Assembly: GCF_004010195.1 (NCBI RefSeq)
Contig: NC_057718.1
Location: forward strand, 48,481,859 to 48,545,858
Length of the DNA: 64,000 bases
Direction of reading: 5' to 3'
Source of the DNA: Chiloscyllium plagiosum
Lineage: Eukaryota
Position 1 is the stretch's first letter. The number at the start of each line of letters is the position of its first letter. The notes below the pieces were generated by a model. That model searched no databases and was not told the DNA's origin. It was given only the letters and a program-made list of their open reading frames with translations. A program made the translations under genes and the position numbers. Shown one piece after another: positions 12,946 through 25,890 of this stretch.

Positions 12946-13293
12946 TTCATAGAATCCCTATAGTGTGGAAACAGGTCCTTCGGCCCAATAAGTCCACCCC
13001 GAACCTCTGAAGAGTAACCCACCCAGAGCCATCCCCTTACCCTATTACTCTACATTAACCCCTGACTAATGCACTTAACCTACACACCCCTAAACACAAT
13101 GGGCAATTTAGCATGGTCAATTCACCTAATATGCACATCTTTGGATTGTGGGAGGAAACCGGAGCACCCAGAGGAAACCCACGGAGACATGGGAAAATGT
13201 GCAAACTCCACACAGTTGCCTGAGACTGGAATCAAACCCGGGTCTAGGTGCTGTGAGGCAGCAGTGCTAATCACCATGCCACCATGCTGCCCC
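12946..13293 (-). mobile_element. HE1-like tRNA-derived SINE
   Basis: Reverse complement of the SINE at 3459, from head to GGGATTCTATG tail. Confidence 0.85.
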
Positions 13294-13319
13294 AATTCTG
13301 GTCTCCTGCTATAGGAAAG

Positions 13320-13772
13320 ATAGAGTAATAGAGATGTAGAGCACAGAAACAGACCCTTCAGTCAAACTTGTCCATGCTGACCAGATATCTGAAATTGATC
13401 TGCTCCCAGTTGACAGCATTTGGCCCATATCCCTCAAAACCCTTCGTAATCATATACCCATTCAGATGCCTTTTAAATGTTGCAATTGTACCAGCGTCCA
13501 CAACATCTCCTGGCAGTTCATTCCAAATATGCACCACCCTCTGCTGAAAAATGTTAAGTTCCTTTTAAATCTTTCCCCTCTCACCTTAAACCTATGCTTT
13601 CTAGTTTTGGACTGCCCTACCTTGGAGAGAAGACCTTGATTATTCACCCTATCCATGCCCCTCATGATTTCATGAACTTCTAGAAGGTCATGCCTCTGAC
13701 GGTCCAAAGAAAATAGCCCCAACCTATTCAGCCTCTCCCTGTAGCTCAAATCTTTAACCCTGGCAACATCCC
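13320..13772 (-). mobile_element. CR1 LINE 3' end
   Basis: ORF 13462-13794 (RERLNRLGLFSL..) plus tail. Confidence 0.9.
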
Positions 13773-14652
13773 CTTGCTGAGATATTTGTATCATCGATAA
13801 CCACAGGTGAAGTGCCGGAAGACTGGAGATTGGCTAATGTTGTGCCACTCTTTAAGAAAGTTGGTAAGGAAAAACCAGAGAATTATAGACCGGTGTCTGA
13901 CACCAGTGGTGGGCAAGTTGTTGGAGGGAATCCTGAGGGACAGGATTTACATGTATTTGGAAAAGCAAGGACTAATTAGGGATAGTTAACATAGCTTTGT
14001 GTGTGGGAAATCATGTCTCTCTAACTTGATTGAGTTTTTGAAGAAGTAACAAAGAGGATTGATGAGGGCGGAGCAGTGGATGTGATCTGTATGGACTTCA
14101 GTAAGGCATTTGATAAGATTACTCATGGTAGACTGGTTATCAGGGTTAAATCACACAGAATAGAGGGAAAACTAGCTATTTGGATACAGAATTGGCTCAA
14201 AGGTAGAAGATAGAGGCTGCTGGTGGAGGGTTGCATTTCAGACTGGAGGCCTGTGGCTAGCAGTGTGTTGCAAGGATCGGTGCTAGGTCCACTGCTTTTT
14301 GTCATCTATATAAATGATTTTGATGTGAATATAAGAGGTATGGATAGTAAGTTTGCAGATGATACTGAAATTGGATGTGTAATGGACAGTGAAGAAGGTT
14401 ACCTCAAAGTACAACAGGATCCTGATCAGATGGGCCAATGGGCTGAGGAGTGGCTGATAGAGTTTAATTTAGATAAATATGAGGTGCTACATTTTGGAAA
14501 GGCAAATCAGGGCAGGACTTATACACTTAATGATAAGGTCCTAGGCAGTGTTTCTGAACAAAGGGACCTTGGAGTGCAGGGTCATAGTCCCGTGAAAGTG
14601 GAATTGCAGTTAGATAGGATAGTGAAGAAGGCATTTGGTATGCTTTCCTTTA
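13773..14652 (+). mobile_element. CR1 LINE RT region, inverted relative to the adjacent 3' end
   Basis: [22 protein letters not shown] in ORF 14223-14732. Confidence 0.95.
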
Positions 14653-15109
14653 CTGTTTTTTGCAGACTCCATGGGCTGAATGGCCTAATTCTGCTCCAAG
14701 ACCTTATGAGACCTCTGTCTCTCTCCTCATAATATCCAAAGGTCCTTAATATACCCCATGTCCCCTGGTACCAAGCCCACAATTTCCCATCACCACTAGG
14801 CCTCTGATCCATCCCCAGTGGCCAAATTCCAAACCAGGACTGATCTATAATCCACAGGCAGGAGCCTGACCATACCCTTCAGACTTCTATTTCCACCCTC
14901 AAGGCCCTGACTTCCACCAAGGGCTCAAATGTACTCCAATCCTACCCCCAGCCTCCTTGTCATCCTCCTGCTCCCACTCTGCAGACTGTGCATCCTCCAC
15001 CTAGGTCTTTGATTCTCAAACTCAGTGCTGCTCCTCTCTCTGAGGCATCGAACCCACTCCTCAGGTTACTGAATTTCCAACCATTCTGCATATCCTCAGT
15101 TCCTACATA

Positions 15110-15660
15110 TCATCAAGCAGAGTCAGCATAGCTTCATGAGAAGAAATCATGCCTAATAAATTTGCTAGAAATCTTTGAGGAGGTAACAATTAGCTTAAGT
15201 ATAAGGGAAGCAATACATTTGGATTTTCAGAAGGTGCTTGATAAGATATCACATAATAATTTTTACTTAATTAGATCATAGCCATGGAGGTGGCATATTA
15301 GCATGGATAGAGAATTGGCTAATTAATAGAAGACAAAGAGTTGGAATAAAGGAAGCATTTTCATGAAGGCAACCTGTAACTAGTGGAGTATTATAGACAC
15401 CAGTGCTGGTGCCACAATTATTTACAACATATATTAATGTCCTGGACCAGGAAAGTGAATTTACTATAGCTGAATTTGGGGATGACACAAAAATAAGTGG
15501 GAAAGCAAGTGCTGAGGATAATACAGGGAATACAATAACAGGGAAAAGGCAAGGAAATGGAGTTGAGGATTATCAGATCAGCCATGACCTCATTGAAGAT
15601 GGAGACTTGATGGCTGAATGGCCAACTTCTGCTCCCATGTCTTATGGTCTTAGGTTATCA
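15110..15660 (+). mobile_element. Old CR1 LINE, internally deleted
   Basis: PQLFTTYINVLD..EFGDDTK plus a CR1-type tail. Confidence 0.8.
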
Positions 15661-15669
15661 GCATATATT

Positions 15670-16380
15670 GTATCATGCCCCCTCAGAGTTTGATGTGTTT
15701 CCACAAGATCACCTCTCACACTTCTCAACTCCAATGCATACCGACACAATCTGCTCAATTCATCCTCATAAAAAAAACTCATCATCCCAGGAATCAGCCT
15801 GCTGAAAAGTCACTGCACTACTTCCAATGCAGCTACATCCTATATTCAGTAAGAAGACTATAATTGGACATAGTACTCTCGGTGTGGTCTTAGCAATGTA
15901 CCTTGCAGTCGTAACTAGACTTTTCTACTTTTATGCTCAATCTCATTTGCAATGAAGGCCAACAGTCAATTTGCCTTCCTCATTACTTGATGTGCTGTCT
16001 GCTATCTTTTCATAATTCATATACAAGGACTCCTAAATCCCTGTTCATTCTGCAGTCTCTCACCTTTTAATTAATATTGTTTTTCTCTTCTTTCTGCCAA
16101 AGTGGGCAACCTCACATGTTTCCACTTTGTACTCCTTATTTATCCACTGTCCTAAACTATTGTTATTACTTTGCAAACTTTTTGTATCTTCATAACTTGC
16201 TTTCCTATCTATCTTGGTACTGTCAACAAATTTGGCGATAATGCACATAGTTGGTCAATCCTCTATCAATCTTACGTATCACTCCCATGAGTTCTTTTCC
16301 TGTGCTAAGATTTTAGGAGGCACTTTATTGAATGCCCTTTGGAAATCCAAATATACTAGATTTACCATTTCTCTGTTATC
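15670..16380 (-). mobile_element. Old CR1 LINE fragment
   Basis: AKFVDSTK..CEVAHFGRK in ORF 16060-16248. Confidence 0.7.
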
Positions 16381-17496
16381 CACTCTGCTTCCTATATTCC
16401 AAAATACCTCAGCTTGGTTGCATTATGATTTGTTGAATGCCCTGCTGCTACATTCTGAATATTCTAGCATTTTTCCAGTGCTTCCCAAACTGTGGGTTAT
16501 GACCCTGGGTGGGGTCTTCAGCTATCAATCAGACTGAATTTTGGGCAAGGTAGAGATTAGTGTTTTGATGTGCATACTGTGCAACTAAAAGTAAGTTGTG
16601 TTTCATTCAAATTTCTGATCCCCACACTCCCACAATGACATTACCCATGGAATGACATAATAATGCAACAAAGATATATGCACAGTTACATATGTTCATG
16701 TCAATATTTTGTGTGAATGGATATGCCCTTGCAGCTGATGGTGTGTCTGAAAGATTGCTATACTTGACTTCCTTGATGTGAGAAGTCACAGGGGAGAGAA
16801 GAGCTGTCAGTAGGTTGTTGCAATGTATCTTATAGATAGTACAAATATTGTTTTGTGTGACCTGTTTGTTGCACTGTGTGATCCCTTTAAGATCATTGCC
16901 TGGCTCCTCATGAGTTGTCTTAAACACAGCTTGCTTGCCTTACATCCTGGTGTTACACGGCTGCACATTATTTCAGCTGAAAGGGAATGTTGGAAGATAC
17001 ATACGACAGCTGCAGCACACTGGTGGCAGTAGGGCTTGATATTGAACCTGTGACAGTGCTGCCAACTCATCCAGTTGTCTGAACTAGATGGTTTGATCTT
17101 CTCTGGGCCTTGTTGCAAATGCACCCATTTAGTCAAATGATGAATATTTCATAATCTACCTGTCTTGAGATTTGTCAGTGATGGGAGACTTTTTAAAGCT
17201 GTCTGAATAAATTGGATGAATGTAGAGTTGAAACATCAGATAAAGTTATTGTGCTCAGCAGCCTGGAGTATGAACAGTGAGAAATAAAGCATTTTAGGCA
17301 CCTTTATGAAAGTTCTCTGGTCATGGCCACAAAAAGTATACAATTCCCTGTACAGTACTTTCCAAAAAATGAGCCTTAACCTCTGCCTTGGAACAGTTGT
17401 AACATTACCAGTGTGAACTTTTCTATTTCCTAAATCAGTCATCATCATTGTTTCAAAATGCAATTGCCAGTTAATGTTGAGTTATGAGTATTTTTG

Positions 17497-18210
17497 AGGA
17501 GAAAGTGAGGACTGCAGATGCTGGAGATCAGAGCTGAAAATGTGTTGCTGGAAAAGCCCAGCAGGTCAGGCAGCATCCAAGGAACAGGAGAATCGCGTTT
17601 CCGGCATAAGCCCTTCTTCAGGAATGAGGAAAGTGTGTCCAGCAGGCTAAGATAAAAGATAGGGAGGAGGGACTTGGGGGAGGGGCGTTGGAAATGCGAT
17701 AGGTGGAAGGAGGTCAAGGTGAGGGTGATAGGCCGGAGTGGGGTGGGGGCGGAGAGGTCGGGAAGAAGATTGCAGGTTAGGAAGGCGGTGCNNNNNNNNN
17801 NNNNNNNNNNNNNNNNNNNNNNNNNNNNNNNNNNNNNNNNNNNNNNNNNNNNNNNNNNNNNNNNNNNNNNNNNNNNNNNNNNNNNNNNNNNNNNNNNNNN
17901 NNNNNNNNNNNNNNNNNNNNNNNNNNNNNNNNNNNNNNNNNNNNNNNNNNNNNNNNAGGGGGGAGGTGTGGGCGCAAGTTTTGCATTTCTTGCGGTTGCA
18001 GGGGAAGGTGCCGGGAGTGGAGGTTGGGTTGGTGGGGGGTGTGGACCTGACGAGGGAGTCACGGAGGGAGTGGTCTTTTCGGAACGCTGATAGGGGAGGG
18101 GAGGGAAATATATCCCTGGTGGTGGGGTCCGTGTGGAGGTGGCGGAAATGACGGCGAATGATACCGCAATTTCCCCCCAGACGTGGTCAACGATGCCCTC
18201 CACCCCACCC
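17497..18210 (-). mobile_element. Penelope-like element 3' part with short inverted 5' piece, spanning an N gap
   Basis: Minus translation FRHLHTDPTTRDIFPSPPLSAFRKDHSLRDSLVRS..PCNRKKCKTCAH. Terminal repeat with hammerhead-like motif at 17591-17625. Confidence 0.85.
17792..17956. other. Assembly gap
   Basis: Run of N. Confidence 1.
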
Positions 18211-18393
18211 ATCCCACTACCTACCATTCCCAAAAAACTTAGCCAATTCCAGGATTTCTGGTGAGTAATGTCATCCCTAGTGCTGGTACCATATGTAAAA
18301 CGCCACTGGGCAGTGGAACAAGCACTGTCAGTACAGAGCTGCTCTGTATGGTTCCTGATTTTTTCCCAGGTAGTCAGATTGGGGGGGAGATAG

Positions 18394-18603
18394 ATGCCTC
18401 TCTTTGTGGACATTAACCTTGAGCTCTGGCTGGATGGGGTAGTGCACAGGCTGGAATTTCTCATCCCCCAAGTCCAGCCATAAGTCCACAACACCAGACC
18501 AACTTGGTCCAAGGTTGCTGGCAGGGTTAAAGCAGTCTCAGCTATCTGGGGGAGTGTCCAGCACTGTCGGATGAAGGCCAGTTACCTTCTCCACTCTGCT
18601 AGT
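18394..18603 (+). mobile_element. Decayed Myb/SANT-like ORF, probably the Harbinger DNA-binding gene
   Basis: One frame with one stop: MPLFVDINLELWLDGVVHRLEFLIP..*..RPTWSKVAGRVKAVS..VQHCRMKASYLLHSA. Fits the F..DLE.L...W..VA..V...QC..K pattern. Confidence 0.6.
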
Positions 18604-19294
18604 ATGAGTGTCAACATCCTCTTTGCAATTCTCTGCACTCACTGTGTCTTGCTAATGTACCCAACTCTCGCCAAGGTTCATATTCTACCACTCTCACTAA
18701 TGCATCGACATTTTCCTCATTCACCTTCACCTACCCTAGGCCGTGACACCACTACCCCTTCATGCTCTCTGCATCACCAACACATTCACTCTGGAAACCT
18801 CCTTTTCTACACCAATAGTAATACCTGGGTCACCCACTTTTGCCTTTCATAAAACCTGCCTTTCTCTCATTCCTCTCCCGGGAGCAAACCAGCCTACAAA
18901 AGGTATGAAAGAGTTAATACAAGTGATGTGCAGCCTGTCATTCAGCTGCTCACCTCTTAAGAGCAGAGGATCCTGATCCTGACTCTTCTACTATTAGAGG
19001 CTACCTCTGAGAGTGTGCTAGGATCCTCTGAGTGAAGGCTATCCATCTTGATTTAGCCTCAGCCAAATCAAAATGGATAACCTTCACTCAGGTACATGTG
19101 GTTGGAGAACATAGAGTGTGCCCAAGACGTTAGAAACCACTCTGATTTCTATGTCGGGTTTTCCTAATGGCTCGCTTGTACAATGTGTTTGCAACCCGTG
19201 CATAGTTGGGCCATTAACAAGATGTTTAACAAACTGTTTAACAAGCACTAAATAGCATCAGTTTGGAATTCTCCGCTCCCTGGTGAGATATTCA

Positions 19295-19468
19295 TCACAT
19301 TGCTTGATCAAAACGAGAAAGTTGTGTTGAGATAATCTCGACATCGAGATGACCACCTTGCCCACTCATCTCCCTATAGTGCACATTATTCAGAACTTGG
19401 TAAGATTCTACATTTGGGTGTAAACCACCAATATTCTTGGTTCTTTCAGTAGCTCGTTTTTGCCTTTT
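19295..19468 (-). CDS. Candidate terminal coding exon of an unidentified gene
   Basis: Acceptor TTATTTAACACAG, then 57 open codons KRQKRATERTKNIGGLHPNVESYQVL..SRFDQAM*. Non-repetitive and retains CpGs. No nearby polyA signal seen. Confidence 0.3.
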   Translation of the reverse strand, partial: KRQKRATERTKNIGGLHPNVESYQVLNNVHYREMSGQGGHLDVEIISTQLSRFDQAM

Positions 19469-20214
19469 CTGTGTTAAATAACAGATTGGAATTATCTTGT
19501 TACAAATAGTTAATTTCTGGAGATTGATCTTTACTTGTTTAAAAATATAAAGTGTTAACCTTACTGCTGGGTTCAGTTCTAACTGATCAATTTTATGCAT
19601 ATTTGATGCAAGGATAGCGCATGAAAGTCCAACTTTGTGAGGTGTGAAACAGTGTTCTTTGGTTTATTTTGCTTATTTTTATCCCTAGCCTTTAGTGACT
19701 CTGTAAAGGTTTCTGTTAAATAAACGGAAGCTGTGTTTCACAACTTCTCCAGCAAACTCCCCAAAGTGAGTTGGCTTCATTCCAGATTCTTTACATGGAA
19801 CTGGCTGGTAAATGCAAATTCCTAAATGGGTTGCTGCCATGCAGCAAAACAAAAACGACTGTATAACTCCACAGTACTCCTTGCGTGTATTGAACTTCAC
19901 ACTATGTGGAGTACTAGGTGGTGCCAAGTTATTTAAAAAGGGCTCAGTAAATCCATTGAATCTCCCAGACACTTTGTAAATTATAATTGTTTTTAATATT
20001 TAAATGATTGGATACTTAATAATCAGAAACCTTTCTGTGTAAATTTCTGTATGCACTTAGATGGGTACACACATAATTTACACTTTGAGTGAAAGGAATT
20101 TCTATCAGCAAGAGTATTAATATTAACATTATTGTACTTTTGGAATTGTTGTATTTCTGATGAGATGTAAAACTCCACTTTCTCACATGGACATATAATC
20201 AACATTAAAACAAA

Positions 20215-20365
20215 TTATATAGTTATCAGTATGTTGCTGGGAAATTGCTGTAGACAAATTGACTGCTGTGGGTCAAAACAGTGAATACTTTTTCAAAAGG
20301 ACTTCATTGGCTGTAAAGTGCTTTGAATTGAATGTTGTTTATGAAAAGTGTAATATAATTGCAGT
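20215..20365 (+). mobile_element. Deu-domain SINE fragment
   Basis: TTGCTGT..AAATTGACTGC..TTCATTGGCTGTAAAGTGCTTTG core, as in the AmnSINE1/SacSINE1 group. Confidence 0.6.
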
Positions 20366-21639
20366 CTTTATTTTCTTTCAGTCACTACCACACTGCTCAT
20401 TTGCACAAACAAATTGCTACACCTCCGTCTTCATTCTGTTAGACAAAGCTATCAGGATTAATGGGGCAACAACCAATAGAATATTGAATTAGATTGAGGT
20501 CAGCCATGATTGAATTGAATGGAAGAACTGACTCCAGAGGCTAAAATTCCCTATTCTTATGCTGCTCTGAATGGAATAATTTGACAATTCATAAACATAA
20601 GATTGTTTTTTTAGTGCTGAAGAGACTGTTTAAGAGTAACTATGTCCAGGAGTTTTAGGATAGCAGCTTACCTCTTTGTGTTAGTTGAAGAGGTGGTGAT
20701 GATTGTACTCCATAGATATTTAAGACTCCAAAAAGCATTAATTGGATGGAGGTGGGATTTCACTTTTCACTCGGGTGAAAGTCATGTCCATCTGATTGGC
20801 TGGCAGGGTCAAAAGCTGCAGTGGCTGGGAATTAATATCATCTTCAACCTGGAACTCCAGGATCTGGTGCATGGTGGAATCTTAGAGTAGAAATGGGAGC
20901 TGGGTGATAGGCAGAAGAGCTTGTAGATGTTGATGGAGAAACAGGGATGAGGGAACACCCACAGGGGCCAGATCTTATTGTGGGACCAGTGGTGTGTGTG
21001 CCAGTTATTGGAAGGAGACTTGCAAGGGATGGAGGGGTATGGACCAAGGGCAGGCAGAAGGGATTAATTTGACATCATGTTTAGCACAACATCATGGGCC
21101 AACGGGCCCATTACTATGCTGTACAGTTCTATGTTCTTTGTTCTATGAGATCATCATTCCTTCTAATTTCCATCATGATTGCACAGGCTTCTGAGGCCTA
21201 TCTGAGCAGCAACTTCCAGATCTGAAAATCAATGCTGCGATGAGTGTGCCAAAACCAATCATCATATGTAGAACTTTGGTGTGAATATGAGTATGCACAG
21301 CCATACAGCTTACTGGGAACATTAAAGGAGACTGTTGATGGAAGACTCCCTCCCTTTTCACAGGCAGCATGAACCGTGTGATTTTCTAGGCCTCATCACC
21401 CCCCATCGACACCCCAGCCACTGAACTGTGAGACCCGACAAGAAATTATCCTTAAATTAGCCATATAACTCCCATCATTGGGCTAAGAATGGGTGGGCTG
21501 ACATAAGAGTTGCCTGTCACAATGTGAAATTGCTGAGAGGTTAATGCAAGTGTGAAGCCAGATGAGCAATTTTCTGTGCTCCCTTTCCTACCTCCAAACT
21601 TACTGGCAATGGACATATCTTGGTCTATGAATGAGACTT

Positions 21640-22570
21640 ATGGAACTAAATGTAATATTTTCACATTTTCAGATGACACAAAGCCAGGTGGGAGGGTGAG
21701 CTATGAGAAGGATGCTTGAGTGATGCTTCAGAATGACTTGGACAAGTTGACTGAGCGGGCTAATTCATGGCAGATGCTGTATAATGTAGATAAACATATG
21801 TTTATCCACTTTGGTAGCAAAACGGGAAGCAGATTATTATCCAAATGGCAATAGTTTGGGACAGAGGGAGGTGTAATGAGACCAAGATGTTATTGTATAC
21901 CAGTCATTGAAAGTGGGCATGCTGGTGCAGCAGGCAGTAAAGAAGGCAAATGACATATTAGTCTTCATAGTCAGAGGATTTGAGTACAGGAGCAGAGATG
22001 TCTTGCTGCAATTGTACGGGTCTTGGTGACATCACACCTAGAGTATTATGTGCAGTTTTGGTTCCCTTACCTGAGGAAGGATGTTCCTGCAATGGAGGGT
22101 GTGCAACCAAGGTTTATCCAACTGATTCCTGGCATGGCAGCATTGACATATAAAGAAAGATTGGATCAGTTAGGACCATATTCACTGGAGTTTAGAGCAA
22201 TGAGAGGGATCTCATAGAAACTTAATAGGACTGGTAAGGGTGAATGCAGGAAGGATGTTCCTGTTCACTGGAGATTCCAGAATGAGGGATCATGGCTCAG
22301 CAGTCCAGGGTAGGCCATTTAGGGCAGAGATGAGGAGAAATTTCTTCATGATCCTGTGAAATTCTGTATCACAGAAAACAATTAAGGCCAAAACATTGAA
22401 TATTTTCAAGAAGGAGATAGATACAGTTCTTAGGGTTGAAGGGATCAAAGGGTATGGGAGAAAGGAGTCGTTAGTAACATGATCAAATATGATCATATTG
22501 AATGGTGGAACAGAAGAACCTTGAAGGGTGAAAGGTCTGAGTAGCCTAATCCTGCTCCTATTTTCTATGT
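21640..22570 (+). mobile_element. CR1 LINE 3' half
   Basis: FSDDTK; HLEYYVQFWFPYLRKD; tail. Confidence 0.9.
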
Positions 22571-24309
22571 TATTAAGTTTGATGATACCTATTACAACAA
22601 CATATAACTTGTAAAGAGTATTAATATGTGAATAATAATATAAACAGTGGAAGTTCACATCCATTCTGTGATTTCTGTATGAGTGAGCTTTATTAGGGTT
22701 TCCTGGGGAGGAGCAGGAAATGACTGACAGGAAATTCAGGATTTTGACATTCACCTGAGCAAGTGCAGGTGTGGCTGTCAGTTTCACAGAATATTGATGG
22801 CAAATACTGATGGATCTGCTGGCATGACATCGGAAAGTCTGGATCCACGATTCCTGCTGAATAGCAGATCGGAGTGAAGCTATTCAGATTTCACTACCCT
22901 GATCAAAGGGCATTGAAAGTAACTGGATCATCCCTCCTGTTCTTTGAAAGTTAACTCAGCACAAACCTGAGAATGGAATCTGAGTCAATGCAGTTTCATT
23001 ATTTAGTGTATTAACTTGCTTGTTTTTCTAACTTAAAATTATTGCTAATTATTGGGCATGCGACAAAAGCGAGATGACTTTAGGATATTTTCATTAGTTG
23101 GTAAAACCTGGTAAATTTCAATCTTGATAGGGACAGTATTTCAGTAAGGACTCAGATTGAGTCCCTGATGTTATTAAGCACTCCTCCACAGGCTGACTCC
23201 GCTGAGTGTTTACACTGCAGTGACAATCTCCTCATAAATTAAACTAAAAATACACTGTTACTTGACCCTGGTGATGGAAGATTCCTTGCTAATTCACTTA
23301 GTTGCTCAACGTGAGCACTGCTGATTTCTTATTTATTGCAAGATATGGTTTGGAATATCAGAATTCTTTTGTCCCTGACTTTTGTGTTTATTAAAACAAA
23401 CACAGTGCCTGAATAGACACTGATCCGAAAGGAGCCAGAGAATGAGATAAAATATAAAGATATATACAAGATGACACATGTGTGACCTGGAAATGTTAAC
23501 TTCTTTTTGTTGTCTTTTGACTTGGTGCAATGTTTGAAAGGTAGTGAAGGGATGTTTTATGCTTTATAACCCACAAATCCATTATTATTAATGTGTTTTA
23601 AAGAAAGGGGATGCCATGCACAGTCTATGTAGACCAGACCTTATGTCAAAAGTATTTTAAAAAATGTACACACTGGCCCATTAATGGAGTGCAGCTTTCC
23701 GACAAGGTTTCTTTCAGTTAATTATTTTTCAAGAATGTCTGGACCTGTGGAGAAATGATAACTGTCTCTCCTTATTCCTTTCTTCAGATGGTTTTCATTA
23801 AAACCAAACATATTTAGAAAATATCAGTTTCTAACTTGATGTCGTTGAGGTATTTGGGTAAATTTTTCTCCTTTGTTTTGTTGTTATGTCACATTTTCAC
23901 CATCGTTGGCTTGATGCCTGTGGTGAAAGCGTTCCCATGTTCTACTAGGTCACTACCAATATCCCTGCAGCCAACAGGAGGTAGCAGATGCTCCCCAGAT
24001 AATCTCTCATTTCAGACTCAACTCCTTCTCAAGAAAAGTCTATGGCTCTGATTCTGTTTTTTCATTATAACGACAGTAACATATTGTTTAAAAGCTCTAC
24101 CTCTGGAAAGTGCATGTTATACTTCCATCAAGTTTGACTAACTTCACCATCAGAGTGCCAGTGTTCTGCCATAGGATTTCACTCCATCCATTATACCTCT
24201 ATCACAGCTGCTTTCTATCAGTTCAGTCTCCTGTATCAGTGGCCTTTTTAGTAACGGAAACAATATTGAAAAGCACAAACTCAGTTGAAGGCCAGGTTAG
24301 GAGGCTTTT

Positions 24310-25890
24310 GTGTCAAAGGTAAAGTATCTCAACATCAGGTGTCACAGATCTATTCATCTATTCTCACTTTGAATAACTTCTCCTTTAACGCATTTCATTT
24401 TCTTCAGATTAAAGACATGGCCAGGGATACCTGCATGGGTGCCAATTATGTCTGTCTCTTTGTGGCATACATGGAACATCCCTTTCACATGACTTTCTAC
24501 AGTACATTGGTGATATCATTGGTTCCGTTTCCCTCTCTTCTGGAATTGGAGAAGCTTATCAATTTTGATTCCAGTTTCCACCTTGCTGTCACCTACACGT
24601 GGCTCATTTCTGACTCCTTCCTTCCCTTCCACGACATCTCTGTTTCCAATTCCAGGAATAGACTGGCCACCAATATCCATTATAAACTCACGGACTCCCA
24701 CAGTTATATTGACTATACATTTTCACACCCTACTTCCTGTAAAGACTGTATACCATTATCTCAGTTCCTCAGGTTCCTTTGCATCTGTTCTGATGATGCC
24801 AACTTTGAAAGGGGGCCTCCAAAAATTCCACCTTCTTCCTCAACTGAGGAATCCCCAGCACTGGAGTTGACAAGGCCCTCAGCCATGTCCAACACATCTC
24901 CCACACTTCAGCCCTCAGCTCCCTCTCTTCCCTCCCACAACAGCGATATGGTTTCCCTCATTCTCACTTACCATCCTACCAGCATCTACATCCAAAGGAT
25001 CATTAGCCACCATTTCCACCACTTCCAATGAGATACCACCACCAGACGCACATTCCCCTCTCTTCACTTGACAGCCTTCCACCTGGGTTCACTCCTACTC
25101 CACCCTCAATGTCTAACCACACCCCTATGGCACCATCCTATGCAATCACAGAAGGTGCAACGTCTGGCTGTTTATTTTTTCCCTCCTCACTATTCAAAGT
25201 CCCAGATATACCTTCATGTGAACCAGCATTTTATCTGCATTTTACTCAATTTAATCTATTGTATTCACTGCTCACGATGTGGTCTGCTCTACAATGGAGA
25301 ATCAAAGTGTAGACTGGGTGACTGCTTTGCAGAACACCAACATTCTGTCTGAAAAAATGACCCTGAGCTTCCAGTTGCCTTCCAGTTTAACATCACCTTG
25401 TTCCCTGGCCAACATCTCTATCTCAGGCTTGCTGCAGTGTTCCAGTGAAGCTCAGCGCAGATTGGAAGAACAGCACCTCATTTTCACTTGGGAACTCTGC
25501 AGCCTTCTGGACTCAATGTCAAGTTCCACAGTTTAGGGCCTGAGCACCTATGCCCTTACTCCAACCTCCACATACAAGGCCTTATCATCATATGGGTTGC
25601 TACCTCAAACAATCCATTGCCAGTCACTAAAGATCCCCAATAGCGGCTACTGTTTCTCCCAGGCTGACCTTTACGCATTCCTTTGTCTCCCCATCTGTTA
25701 TCTCTCTCTTGGCTCCATCTCCACCTATCATTTATTCCCCATCTGACCCCCTCCATCCTTAGTACATACACCAACCTTTTCCTTGCTTCAATCAGTTCTG
25801 AAAAAGGGTCACTGCATCCAAAATATTAACTCTGATTTCTCTCTGCAAATGCTGCCAGAGCTGCTGAGTTTTTCCAGCAATTTCTGTCTT
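24310..25890 (+). mobile_element. Decayed Penelope-like element: RT, GIY-YIG endonuclease and terminal repeat
   Basis: LNNFSFN..FLQIKDMARDTCMGANYVCLFV; PFHDISV..HYKLTDSHSYIDY..HP; NLIYCIHCSRCGLLYNGE..RLGD.FAEH. Degenerate hammerhead core near 25798. Confidence 0.92.

Noticed and set aside
12620..12952. 110 aa plus-strand ORF or exon
   Set aside because: No clear donor, no recognisable homology and no partner plus-strand exons.
17445..18512. 355 aa ORF, the longest in the track
   Set aside because: Runs through an N gap and an off-frame PLE sequence.
22755..22860. Cys-rich minus-strand exon candidate with CAG|GTGAAT donor
   Set aside because: Weak acceptor, and the context resembles decayed non-autonomous repeat sequence.
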